Made by a program: the position numbers and the translations under genes. The notes below the pieces were generated by a model that searched no databases, was not told the DNA's origin, and saw only the letters and a list, made by a program, of their open reading frames with translations. DNA of 64,000 nt. Source: Paecilomyces variotii (lineage: Eukaryota). Location of the stretch: the NCBI GenBank assembly GCA_004022145.1, contig RCNU01000006.1. The stretch is one strand, 5' to 3'. Every line of letters begins with the position of its first letter. Position 1 is the first letter of the stretch. Below are positions 25,036-38,400 of the stretch, piece by piece.

Positions 25036-26297
25036 ATGACACTGGCGGAAACAAGGATGCCAAAAATGAAAGACGACAACCCAAGAGGGGGGCGCGAGCA
25101 TATGATTATGCCGTCTCATACACTTACTACCCGTCCAGTTACGGTGGACGACATGATCAACTGGCTTCGACTAGATGGTTTCAATCGCGGCTTAGTGGGT
25201 TGGTCTACCCAATTCTCGTCGGAGGAGATATTCGGTTGCCCCAGTCCCCCCACCCAGGGGCAACTGCTACCAGAGTCTCAGAAGAAGGCTGTCCAGGGAC
25301 CTCCGCCAGGAAACGCAGACGCAAGTCTATGTGCTGCGCTGGACCGCGCTGAACGCCAAGCAGAGCAGGAAAAAGAAATCCGGCGGAAGATCCAGCAGCA
25401 TAGGGGTCTAATTCCGGCTGCAGTGAGGGAGGTCGAGAGGCGCTTGGTGACAGCCGGAGTCCCTATGGAAGAAGTGCGAAAGCTGGGCAGGCAGGACGCT
25501 GCGAGCAGTGTGTTCGTCAAACTGGGACGATTGGAACAGATTCAGAGACCTGTACCGCCACCGCCAGCTCGAGTGAGGATTCAAGTCGTCTGCGATATCT
25601 ACGGAATGTTTGATCAAGGCGGATTGTGGAGGATGGACCTATACATACCCCGGAACTGTCTATTTGATGAATTCGAGGATATCCTGCAAAGACATGCCTA
25701 TGTCAAGAGCATTCTTGAGGTCCAGCGGGTCCAGACACCAGAACGTACTTATGATCCAGACGAGCATACTAAAGCCCGAGCTATCAAGGAAACGAAATCT
25801 CATAAGCAGGTTCTTCGAGGAAAATATGTTCGTGCTAAGGTGTGGGGATACAAGATAGTAGGCACAGAAGAGACTGGCCTCCCGATTGAGGCCGACGGAC
25901 ACTGGATTGCGCTATGTGATCAGGAGGATTTTACCAAGCTGATGAAGGTAGTAGTGCGAGATGCATCCAAGATAGCACTGATTTGCCATGTATGTCTTGG
26001 ATCGACGAGTCCTGAGGACGTTGCTGGCTGCGGAACTAATTATATCTCCAGGAAAGCACGCTCGAGAGGCCCGCAGAACAGGCCCCTAGTCCACCACCGC
26101 AGTGGAAAGATGTCGATAAACAAGACCTGGATGACCTCTGGCGCAATTGGGAGAGTGGTACTTTTCATCTTGATCCAATTGACTGGGAACTGGACGATTG
26201 GGAAGTCGGCGGTTATCGTCCTATTGGGAAGACCAGGACGTTGAACGGAACTGTCTCACCAGAAAGTGAATCTCAGTCAGACAGCAAATTTCCTTAA
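25036..26297 (+). CDS. Hypothetical protein, 2 exons
   Basis: Long ORF with GTATGT donor (~25990), CTAAT branch site and CAG acceptor (~26050); second exon ends DSKFP*. No family recognised. Confidence 0.5.
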
Positions 26298-27706
26298 TTT
26301 CTGTAAAGGGTGCATTGGACTCTCTCTGAGCTTGTTCATATTTATGTCTCTTTCGATGCTGTCATCAGTTGATTTCTTCGAGATACCTGTTAGCTTGCCG
26401 GTTCAACGGCCCATTCTGGTCTAGTCTGAAAGCCTATGTCGGACTCCATCCCGTCTCGGTTCATGATAATTATTATTATTCACAACTTCTCTTACACGCA
26501 GCAGATTTGTATTCTAGAAATCAACGAAGCTTACTGCAAGTCCAAGATTCTTTTTATCCAGGCGTCCAGAGACGCGGTCAGAGTCCTTCGACAATGAAGC
26601 ATTTCGAATCGATTGGATAGAGATGCGCCTTACACACGTGGTACAGGAGGATCAGCTCACTGGTCAGTTTCAGCTACTCTGCGATGGACTGTAGCTAATA
26701 TTCATTTCTTTCAGTTCGCAGCTGCTCAGTTTTTCTATCCCCGGGTCCGGAATTTCCAGCATGCAGAGACAGCAGACAGCAATGCATCTGAAGATCCAGG
26801 TAGTCAATAATTACCCGGGTTCATGGCATTTCCCCTAGGGGTTGATGAAAGATACTCCTGCTGATCAACATGGCTCGTACTTAACCCGGGGGGAACCGAC
26901 TTGGCGTGCAGTAGACTATCTACCATAAGACTACTCGTATGAAGTCAAGCGATAAGAATAGCAACTCACGTCACTAGCTCCACCATCTCATGCGGAGTCT
27001 AGAGAAATCAAGAGAGCCAGGCAGGGCTCTACAACCTTTGATTGGCATCCTTGAGGCTTGTCCCTGAAGGATTACCGTGGTCATTATTTCTTCCACATCG
27101 GCTATCTTAGCTATCGCGGGCGTCTTGGCGGGCTCTTTGTCGTGTCGCTCAAAAGGGGATAGTGCATACAGATTGTGATCGTCAGCTGATCGTCTATCAC
27201 GTGCAGTCATCTCTGAGTGGTCGAATCGGGTTGAACAACAGGTCGAATTGGGAAAGCCGCACCGCGGAATGTCTGGATCCAGTTTAGCGCGAGGATGGCA
27301 GCCCTGGACGGCCTCAGGCAGGGGATCGCCAGCACTCGCGGGCCTCGCCATCTCCCACCGTGGAACGTCTCTACTTAAACTTGGCACCGGCATCATCCAG
27401 GCCTCGAACTTGGAAGTAGCTACGCTACTGTGCTCCGTCTCCGCTGGTGGTTTTTTTTTTTCCACCTGCGAGATTATCTCTTTGCTGTGATATCTGTCCG
27501 GATGCAATGACTACCAACCTCCAGATCCAAATCTAAGACACTCCTCGAACCGGCCAGTGACGTGGAGAACGGCAGGAGATAAGATCTATCTCGGCTAACT
27601 GATCTCAATATCTCCCCGTGGGACTTCCCCGGCTGCTGGGAGTTATCTGCTTCATCGAACAGCTCTGTTGGCTGTCGCTTCTGTCCGGTGGAAGGGCCGT
27701 CTTTCA

Positions 27707-29762
27707 ATGGTTGAACCAAACACGTCCCGATCGACCGATAGGTCAGTGTCCGACGTTGAACAGCCGCCCCCGGATGCAGACTCGACTTCGCCTGCGGACA
27801 ATGAATCGCGAGCGTCTGCCGTGATTTCTTTGGCAGGATCACGCCCCGACGATCTTCTTGCATCGAACAATGCCGTCCATCTGGCGGGAATGCACCGGGT
27901 ACAAGACAATGGACGAGACTGGGCGACGGGGCAGCTGCTGCCTTCGCTGCATATCCGTACGGATTTCCAAGGTGTACGCCCAATAACCCCGGTGAGAGAA
28001 GTCGACACATCTCTAGATTCCTGCCTGTCGGCTACGAGTTTACTGCATCGGACGCCTAGTATGCGAGCGGTGCGCGGCGGGGCTATCTCTAGTGCAGACT
28101 CCCTGTCTCCAGCCTCTGTGCTCTCGTCGCCGCTGTTGGCAGCTATAGGCGATATTACGCCGTTGCCATCACCGGTAGGCTATTTGAATTCACCCTGGAA
28201 GACCAGAGGAGCGTCTCATTCCCTCTCGCGGACGTCCTCAGGCGCGTCGAGGCCAGGATCCAGCCTGAGTCTGCGAATGAGCGACTCGACGCAGTTGCTG
28301 AGACCGTCGTCCTCCAGGTCATCGCGAGCTAAGCTGTACCCGAGTCTCACTGAGGAGGAACCTTCGATACCGCCGCGAACTGAGGCTGAGTCTCCAACAA
28401 AGCACACGCGGAATCGCAGTCTGAGTGAGTATGTGCCTCCGGGCAGAGTTCCTCATGTCCAGCCTCGTCCGATTGCGGTGTCAGGTACCGGACCAGGATC
28501 ATCTGTCTCCAGGATCCATCTTCCCACGCAGCAGAACAACCTCCACCGCGAACAATACCTAGGTGCCCAGCGTGGAATTGCTATCCCGTCCGCACGACCG
28601 CCGACTCCCCCGAGAAGCACACGCGATGGCTTCGACAGTGATAATGAGCCTGCTGGTCAAGCCTCAGCTACGGAACAGTCGGGCGAGATATATTCAGTCC
28701 GATCGGTCAGAAGTCAACAGCGTCGCAAGTATCGAAAGCTACGGGTCTTGGGACAGGGAACGTTCAGCCAGGTCAGTCTCGCAGCCCGTGTGGAATCGGA
28801 TGAGATGATGGTCCCAGACGATGCTGGACGGCCCACCCAGAAGTTGGTTGCAGTGAAAGTGATCGAATATGGTCCTGCTGGCGGGGCCGACGAGGAACGG
28901 GTAGAGGTGTCGCTGAAGCGTGAAGTCGACATTTTAAAGTCGGTCAATCACCCTTCGTTGGTTCAACTCAAAGCCCTTGGCTACGACCAGAAGCGCGCTT
29001 TACTAGTGCTTGACTACTGTCCTGGGGGAGATCTGTTTGAGTTCGCGACATCCGGTCCAAAACAGTTAGGCCCTGCACTTATCAGAAGAGTGTTCGCTGA
29101 ACTGATAGGAGCGGTGCGTTATCTGCACAGCAATTACATTGTCCACAGGGACATCAAACTGGAGAGTATGTATCCGCACTCTCGTCTCCGGCTACTGGCA
29201 CTAATTTCTTACAGATGTTCTTGTCAACCTGCCTGCAGCGGCTATGCAAGAGATCTCAGACTGGCGCACATATAACCGTGCCGTGGTTACCCTGAGTGAT
29301 CTTGGTCTGTCTAGACGCATTCCCGAGCCTCCTGAGAGCCCGCTTCTGCATACGCGCTGCGGCAGTGAGGACTACGCGGCTCCGGAGATCTTGATGGGGC
29401 AACCGTACGATGGACGTTCGACAGATGCATGGGCGCTGGGCGTCCTGCTCTACGCACTAATGGAGAGTCGACTGCCTTTCGATGCCTTGCCCGGGACCCG
29501 CGGTGATCCCGCCAAACTCCGGGCCCGTACTCCTCACCGAATTGCTCGTTGTGAATGGGCTTGGTACCGGTACGCGGACGCTGATGGTGAGTGGGATCCC
29601 AACAAGGGCAAGGACCTGGAAGGTGCTCGAGAATGCGTGGAGGCTCTATTGAAACGCAACACGAGACGAAAGGGCCTAGATGACATCGCGAAAATGGAAT
29701 GGGTCCAGGATGCAATTGATGTTCCGGGAGGGCTCAAGAGAGGTGACAAGGAGGTCCCGTAG
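27707..29762 (+). CDS. Ser/Thr protein kinase (CAMK-like group, resembles Prr1-type kinases) with a long Ser-rich N-terminus
   Basis: GQGTFSQV, VAVK, HRDIKLEN (across intron 29166-29214), DLGLS, CGSEDYAAPE, DAWALGV. Confidence 0.9.
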
Positions 29763-30363
29763 AGCTGGTCTCCGGAAAGACCCGGGTTGTCCCCCGGTAA
29801 TACTGGAGTTTGGGCTGTGCTACGTCTTCTCATGCTTTTTTCATATGTGGATGATATCCTTACGATCTACGCATGGTACGAGTTCCGCGTTTACGATGCT
29901 GCACGTGTTTCTGCTGTTTCACTTTGGTTAGAAGAGGCTGTTATGAGCCTGGACACCTGTGACTTCGTCCTCGTTGACTCTACGAGAGTAAACGTGGAGT
30001 TTTTGGATTCTTACTGCTCGTCTTCACTTCCAGAGACGTCCTCCAAGAGAGAGAGACAATCTGTTATATTTGAGAGGCCCTGTTCTAAGGCTACTGATTG
30101 CCCGAGGGTTTTCATGGATGTGTATCCCGTGGTTTGATATACTATATTATTTATATTATACGAACTGTATCTCAACAAGCACTATACTTGTTGAATGATA
30201 TATCTTAAAGAAAGATGCATGGATTTACCCATATAGATCCGACCATATACTACATAAACGCAACAATATCATCTGGTTGTAAAGTAAATAAATAATTTAC
30301 CAACCAACTTAACTAAGTCGGCCTGCTGGCCGAACGGCTGACTATCGCTGTGCGCGGATTGGT

Positions 30364-30431
30364 CCGATGGCCGGCGGCGGATCGCAGCTAGAGAGGCCGA
30401 CTTCGCTGCGGAGACAAGAAAGTCAGAGTCA
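30364..30431 (+). promoter_or_regulatory. Candidate Leu3/LeuB (CCG-N4/N5-CGG) and Gcn4/CpcA (TGACTC) sites upstream of ILV3
   Basis: CCGATGGCCGG 30364-30374, CCGGCGGCGG 30371-30380, GAGTCA 30426-30431. Short motifs; plausibility rests on gene context. Confidence 0.4.
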
Positions 30432-30618
30432 GTCAAAGTCCGAAAAGATCGCCAATTATTCTTTGTTTCCTCTCTTGTTGGATTCCGGTTTTCATCTCTC
30501 GTCTGCAGCTGCGCGAGATCTGGAAGCTTTGAGCCGGTCCCTTTCTTCGGTTCTTTTGTCACGTCGGTGGTCAACGCCTGGCTGATCTCGGGACTACGCC
30601 CTCACCCGGGAGTGCACC

Positions 30619-32657
30619 ATGTTTCTTGCACAGGCTCGTGGGCATTTGCCCAAGGTCGCGAGAAGCGCCTTTGTTCCTAGGTAATACTGCGTCCAATATG
30701 CAATGTTCCAATTGAACGCTCACTGACTGTCAACGCAGCCGCTCGCTTTCCACCACTCTTCCCCTCCGAAAGGCCTCCGTTAAAGATGACGACAAGGCCC
30801 TCAACAAGGTCTCTCGCCATGTTACCCAGCCTATTTCACAAGGTGCCTCTCAGGCTATGCTCTACGCGACCGGTCTGAACGAGGAGGACATGAACAAGGC
30901 CCAGGTCGGAATCTCATCCGTCTGGTACAGCGGTAATCCTTGCAACATGCACTTGCTGGATCTCAACAACCGGGTCAAGGAGGGTGTTCAGCGCGCTGGA
31001 CTTATTGGAATGCAATTCAACACCGTGGGTGTGAGTGATGCGATCAGTATGGGAACTTCAGGAATGCGTTTTTCCCTGCAGAGTCGTGACCTCATTGCCG
31101 ACTCGATCGAAACCGTTATGGGAGGACAGTGGTACGATGCCAACATCAGTATCCCCGGTTGCGACAAGAACATGCCCGGTGTCCTCATGGCTATGGGCCG
31201 TGTTAATCGACCCAGTTTGATGGTGTACGGTGGCTCGATCCGTCCGGGTTGTGCCGCTACCCAGAACAACGCCGACATTGATATCGTCTCCGCCTTCCAG
31301 GCTTACGGACAGTTCCTGACCGGAGAGATTACCGAGGAACAGCGATTCGATGTCATCCGCCACGCTTGCCCTGGTGGTGGTGCTTGTGGCGGTATGTACA
31401 CGGCTAACACTATGGCCTCGGCCATTGAGACTATGGGAATGACCCTTCCCGGCTCGTCCTCCAACCCGGCTGAGTCCAAGGCTAAGGATCTGGAGTGTCT
31501 CGCTGCTGGTGAAGCGATCAAGAAGCTCCTGATTGAGGATATCCGCCCTAAGGATATTCTGACGCGCCAGGCCTTTGAGAACGCCATGGTAGTTGTTAAT
31601 ATCACTGGAGGTTCGACTAACGCGGTTCTTCACCTGATTGCTATTGCCGACTCTGTTGGTATTAAGTTGACTATCGATGACTTCCAGTCTGTTTCGGATC
31701 GCATCCCCTTCTTGGCTGATCTGAAGCCCTCTGGCAAGTATGTCATGAACGACCTGTACAATATCGGTGGTACTCCGGCTCTGCTCAAGTACCTTCTTAA
31801 GGAGGGCCTCATCGATGGCTCTGGTATTACTGTTACCGGTGAGACATTGGCCAAGAACTTGGAAAAGGCCCCCGATTTCCCTGCGGACCAGAAGATTATC
31901 CGCCCACTCTCCAACCCGATCAAGAAGACGGGCCATATTCAGATTCTCCGCGGAAACTTGGCTCCCGGTGGCAGTGTTGGCAAGATCACTGGAAAGGAAG
32001 GTACCAAGTTCGTCGGAAAGGCGCGTGTGTTTGACGCCGAAGATGACTTTGTTGCTGCTCTTGAGCGTAATGAAATCAAGAAGGAGGAGAAGACTGTTGT
32101 CGTTATCCGTTACACTGGACCTAAGGGTGGTCCTGGAATGCCCGGTAGGTTTCATTTCTGGTGGTGGTTTCCGCCATATACCGCTATGGATATCTGCTAA
32201 CGTACTCTAGAAATGCTTAAGCCATCATCCGCCCTTATGGGTGCCGGTCTCGGATCCTCGTGTGCCCTGATTACTGACGGTCGATTCTCCGGCGGTTCTC
32301 ACGGTTTCTTGATCGGACACATCGTTCCCGAGGCCGCCGTCGGTGGCCCCATTGGTCTCCTCAAGGACGGCGATGTCATCACCATTGATGCCGAGAAGAG
32401 AGTGCTCGACGTCGACCTCAGTGATGAAGTCCTCGCCGAGCGAAAGAAGGAATGGGAAGCCGCAAAGGCGGCTGGCAAGCTACCGCCCACTGGACTGACC
32501 CTCAGAGGAACTTTGGGCAAGTATGCTCGGTATGTGACTCTCCTGAACTTCCCTAAAGTGTGCCATCATTGCAGACATTGTCCTTCGCTAACATTGTTCT
32601 CCCCACAGGAACGTCAAGGATGCCAGCCACGGATGCATCACTGATGCTTTGGAGTGA
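30619..32657 (+). CDS. ILV3: Dihydroxy-acid dehydratase, mitochondrial (4 exons)
   Basis: [60 protein letters not shown]; Arg-rich presequence exon. Confidence 0.97.
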
Positions 32658-33176
32658 AACTTGTCTCAACCATTATATAATACCTGTACACCGTACCATA
32701 GTTAACTAGTCAATGTCTTTGTGGGACCGGCGAAGGCTGGGAAAGAAAAAGAGAAAAAAGGCAGGATCATCAAAAAAGGAAAGGCGGCTCGATTTCAATC
32801 GAAAATTTAGGTTTATATTCATGTACTCTACATCGCATCTTTATCAGCCATCTACAATGCTTCAGTTCTCCAACCTGCTATTCGTAGAGCACAGCCTTTG
32901 GTAGCGATAAGCCAGTATGATTGGCGCGCTGGCGTCAGCGATCAACGAACGAAATGAGGCGGAGCAGCAGAAACGCCCCGAGGCGCCGATCTAGTTCACC
33001 TAACTATGCCTGTGCCATATATAGATATCGTGTCGCCCTGCTCTTGTGGGGGCTGGTTTCAGCAACCTTAGAATGTATCTTCATTTTGTCCTAGGGCAGT
33101 TTGAGTCCTTTTTGCCCATGCATGTTAATTTGTCGAGTTTAGCACAGCGTGGATCTGAGACACTTGGAAGTGAGCC

Positions 33177-34915
33177 ATGCCACTGCTCAAGCGGCGCGAG
33201 AAAGGGCAATCGATGATACCGGCACCGCAGCCGGAGATATCGCCTGCCATATCCCAGTACCCGTCGCAGGGCTTCTACTATGCTCAGTCATCGACGAATC
33301 TCACGATAGTTCCGGACATACAACCGCCGCAGTTGTACATACCCGCGGATCCTGCGACTACCGCTCATCATAGATCGGCCCTCACGTCGAAGATTAATCT
33401 CCATGAGCAAAAGCAGCATGCCCAGCACCTTGTTCGGAAATCCTGCAATAATTTGCGCGAAGCTGTCCAGGGGACGGTAAATGTCACTCACCATGCCGTT
33501 GAGGAAGTCCAGGAAATACGCACTAGCGTTGGAAGAGGTGTAGAGCACCTGCGCGGCGCAATTGAGAAGAAATTTGATGACATCCTGACTGCGATTGATG
33601 AGTCTAGGTTTAGTGGAAGAGAGGAGGACCTTGGTAAGTTCTTGAATCTATGTGTTATTATCATCTAGCTAGGCCGTGGCCGCTGACTCCAGGGTAGAAG
33701 TGCAACACGTTCAACCTTCCATTAGAGGCGGAGATGGCCGCGAAGTGGGAAGATCGACGAACGACCAGGCGAACTCCAAGTCGACAACTTCAGCAAACTA
33801 CTTCTCGAAAGTATATCATTACGCGAATGCACGACTGCCGCCTCATATGGCGCCGTTGAAATTGTATGTTTTCCGGACACTATGGACCAGATCTTCCTAA
33901 CTCGATTATCCGTAGATACGTTCCTACATATCCCATGCTATGCCTTGCAGCACAGTATTCACGTCGTGTATACGACAAGCCATCTGGTGCGGAAAAGCAT
34001 ACTCATATCGAAGCTAATTGGCGCAGCGGCACTAAAGCCATGGTGATCAAGTCAGTCCCTATAGACGATATGAGTACCATTGTCTTCGCGATTCGGGGCA
34101 CTCAGAGCTTTCGCGATTGGACCGTCAATTTCAGAACGGCTCCCACATCGCCAGATGGGTTTCTGGATGATCCGGGGAATCTCTGTCATTCCGGGTTTCT
34201 GGCAGTCGCACGGAAGATGGTCCGTCCTGTGGCAGATCGGTTGAAGTGGCTTCTACAGGAAGATCCTAGCCGCGCCTCTTCCTCTCTCTTGATCACTGGC
34301 CACTCCGCTGGCGGAGCTGTGGCCAGTCTGCTATACTGCCACATGCTTTCCGAAACTGTCCAATCCGAATTGACAGACATGCGAGATTTCTTTAAGCGTG
34401 TACACTGCATCACTTTCGGGCCGCCTCCTGTCTCACTTCTGCCGCTGGAGAAACCAGCATCGCGGCAATACCGTAAATCGCTATTTTTCTCGTTCATAAA
34501 TGAGGGTGATCCCGTCTCGCGAGCTGATAAGGCATACGTCCGTTCCTTGTTAGATCTATATGTCTCTCCAGCACCGGATTCCGTTCTAGCCCATATTACC
34601 AGCACAGTCAGGCACCGCAGGCTGGGGGCGAGACGAAAGATAGCGAAGCTATACTGGACGGTACCAGAGTCGACTCTGTCTCTACCCGGGCGACTTGTTG
34701 TACTGCGGAAGCGATCAAGGGACAGTAGTAATGTGAGATCTGTGCTCCCTGCGGCGTCAGAGGCGGCTGAAGAAGTCGAAGCATGCACCACTACAGACTC
34801 TGAGCTGCGAGGCGTTGTTTTTGGAGATCCACTCATGCATACGATGGATTTGTATGCCCAAAGAATCGACGCGTTAGCGACAAGTGCTGTGACTGTCAGG
34901 CTGGATGCTGTTTGA
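33177..34915 (+). CDS. Class 3 lipase (alpha/beta hydrolase), multi-exon
   Basis: VFAIRGT, CHSGF, nucleophile elbow ITGHSAGG, TFGPPP, FINEGDPV, MHTMDLY; introns inferred at ~33634-33698 and ~33864-33915. Confidence 0.85.
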
Positions 34916-35273
34916 CATTGTCAATATTATTAACTAGAGGATAGTGAATCATATGACACATTCAACTCGAAATCCATCCCTATCCGAGAATAGGACGAGC
35001 TCAATATTTAGCTGGCACTCCCCGTCAGAGCCTCAGAGGAGGGTTTCCATCACTTGCAGGTAGACAAGACTAGGACAGAAAAAAGGTACAGGGAACAACT
35101 CCGCCGAAGAATAGGTATGCAGCTAGAGGTGTCTGCAGCTCGACAGGGGACTATCATCCGTGGTCCCACTGCGCGCTGTAATTATTTCGATAGATCGACG
35201 TCCATTTCCTTCAGCAAGCATTAACAGTTCCAATTGGTGGGCATTCATTTAGACTGTCCTACCGTTCTGAAGA

Positions 35274-35402
35274 TGAAGGAAGCGGGAGAAAGCTTGCTTG
35301 ATTGGATCTAGGAGCTAGGCAAAGCCTATATAGGCTCGCCTAGGTCACATAATCACTAGGGAGCAGGGCGCCAAAAGGGGCAGCCAGAGGGGGCCTTCAA
35401 CA
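35274..35402 (-). repeat. 3' LTR of the copia element (polypurine tract AAGGGTAGG adjacent, inside)
   Basis: TG...CA termini, 8 transitions relative to the other LTR, preceded by GAAGA at 35269-35273. Confidence 0.95.
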
Positions 35403-38400
35403 CCTACCCTTATATTAAGTATTAGGGAATATATAGCAACTATCTAATCGACTAAATATAAATAAATAGGACTAATTAGAAAGCAGACAGTATATAAAAA
35501 TAAAGAAATAAGCAGTCTAGTTATATAGTTAAGCAATTATAATTAAGCTAAGCTGCCTAAGCTATATCTAAAATTTTAGGACTATTAGCCCTTTAATAAA
35601 ATTATTAGCAATATTATCTGCTGAATTAATATATTTTAAATTAATTATACCTTAAGTAAGTATATTATAGATATAGTAGAACTATATATTAATATATTTA
35701 GAATATTTAATACTAGTAGAAATATAGATTAAATCTTAAGCTCTATTATTATTAATATTTAGGATAATTAGGCTAGTATCTTTTATAATATCTATATTAA
35801 TTATTAAATAATATATCTATTAGGCTTCTCTAGTAGCTTTAAAAGCAGCTATATATTTTGCCTTATTAGAGCTGATTAAGATATAGGTTTGCTTATAGGT
35901 TTTTTATAAAATAGGTTTGTTAATAAGTATAAAAATATATTTAAAGGTAAAGTAATATTTATTATAATCTCTAATATAGTTAGAATTATAATAAGCTTAT
36001 AGGAGTTTAATATCTCTATTACCTTTATAATATATAATATTATAGTTAGGGTATTTAGCTAAATAGTATATAATATATTTTAAAGCTATATAGCTCTTTA
36101 AAGTTAAATAAGAGTTTCTCTTAGCTAGTAAACTTATAATTTTAGATAAATTAAGGCAAGTCTTAATAGCTAGCTATTAGCAATAGCTAATATTCTATTA
36201 ATATTCCTTAATATTAACTGTAGAACTAGGCTTATTATTAATTTAAAGCTTAAAATCTATAGAAAATTCTATATAGCTAAAATCTTTTTATCTAAAAGAT
36301 TAAATAAATTTATATATATACCTTATCTAAATAAGTTATATACCCTTTTTACTATAGGAGACTTCTATCTCTAAATAATATTTAATAGGTCCTAAATTCT
36401 TTATTTTAAATTACTTAGAGATACTATTATAGACTGCTTAAGCAGTAAATTGCTTAGAGACATATATAGAAAAATTATTAATATAAGTAATAATATAGAT
36501 ATTTTCTATAATAATAAAGATCTAAAGGTAAGAGTTATATAGAGATAGCTTAAATCTAGCATTAAGTAAATACTTTATTAAAGTATTATACTATATCTTT
36601 GTAGAAAGAATTAATCTATAAAGAGCTTAGTCTAGTTTATAAACTAAGATATTATCTTTATTTTTATAGAAGCTAATAAGCTAAAGCATATAAATATTAT
36701 ATTTTAATTTCCTATTTAAGAAGGCTTATATAGTATTAGCTTAAAAAATAGCCTAATTATAATAAGCAGTAGAGGCTATTAATATATTAATAATTATAGC
36801 AGAAACTATTAGAGTATAGGTTATTATATTAAATATAGTCTTATCTAGTATATTATTATAAATAACTTAGTAAGCTTTATAAATAATTAAACTATTAGGA
36901 CTCTCTTTTTTTTTATATATCTATCTGTTAGGTATAAGATAAGTCCTAGAGAGAAGCTTATCTTAATAGATTAAATGCTAGTATTTTTACTTTACTAGCA
37001 GATTAATTTCTTTTTTTATAACCTTCTGCTATTAGAGAGCTTTAATATATATTATAATAGCTTTATATAATTTAAGAGTATTTAATTCCTCTTAAAATAA
37101 GACTATATAAATTCTTATTAAATTAATAGGTTAGCACTAGATAATATTAAGATCTTTAATAAAATTAATTTCTTTATTATATACTGCAGAATTCTTATAA
37201 TTAGTCAGATTTAATATAATAGCTAAGATAGTAAGCACTAGCTTATAAAGCTTAAGACTAAGCTTTACTAGCGCAGCAATATTATCTATATAAAAATATA
37301 GAATTTATACTATTATTTTAGTAGTAGTATTTAATAGTAATATATTATTTTTATTAGATATACTAAAAAAAAGGGCTAGTTTACTCTTTAGAAGGAGCTT
37401 GCTTAATAAAGCTTTAGGGCTAATTAATAAATAATATACTAGAGCTTTAAATTAATATAGATATAAAGCCACAATAGAGGTATTTCTCTAAGCTTAAGCT
37501 AAAACGCGCTATTTAATAGGCTTAATATTACTGCTATAAGATATAGCTCCCAGGGTATAATTATAAAATAATAGAACTAAAATAGGGATTTAGTTTATAA
37601 TATATATATTATACTAAATAATATATAGCTAAAGAGAATGCTTTAAGCTAGAATTAATTATTATAGCTCGGGCTTGCTCTATAATAGTCTTTATAGAGTA
37701 TTTGCTTATACTATCTTGCTAAGGTATATAAGCAGCTATAGGTTTATAGGCAATGCCTAGTGTCTTAAAGAAAGCATTTAAAGCTTTTATATAGAGCTTA
37801 TTATCTAATTAAATATATGCAACTATAAAACTCTCTATATTTAATTAATATATTAAATTATTAATAAAGGATAGAATATAGGCTCTATTTACTATAGGAT
37901 ATACCTACCTATAGTAGATAGCATCGTCTATAATTAATAGCATATATTTTACCTTAATATAGTTAGAGAGGTCTTTATCCATTTTATAATCTAGCATATA
38001 TCTGCTATTAATAATATTAATATAGAAATATCTAGCGGGTACTATAGCTCTAGGCATAGGCTTTTATAAGACCTATCTAGTAATTTTAGCCTATTAGTAG
38101 ATAGTATAAAATAGGAGATCTTTAGCTTCTATAACAGCAATACTAAAAAGGGGGTTATATATTAGATAAAGCAGGTTATCTTAATTAGTATAACTAAGAA
38201 TTTAATGCTACTCTACTAAGGATCTAGTAATATAATAGGGAGATAGGGCTTTAAGCAGTTTAAGATTAACTAACTAAGCAGTAATATCTTATTTAGGAGT
38301 ACTTATAGCAGTAACAGATAAAGTAGTATAGACCTATTTATTAAGAGAAGATACTATAAGATATATAAGATATCTTTACTTTTTAAGAATAATAATATTA

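Noticed and set aside
26974..28010. Minus-strand ORFs of 118-178 aa in the kinase promoter and 5' region
   Set aside because: No motifs; they overlap the kinase gene or its leader
31058..32155. 365-aa antisense ORF over ILV3
   Set aside because: Mirror-frame ORF expected from strong codon bias in a highly expressed gene; no motifs
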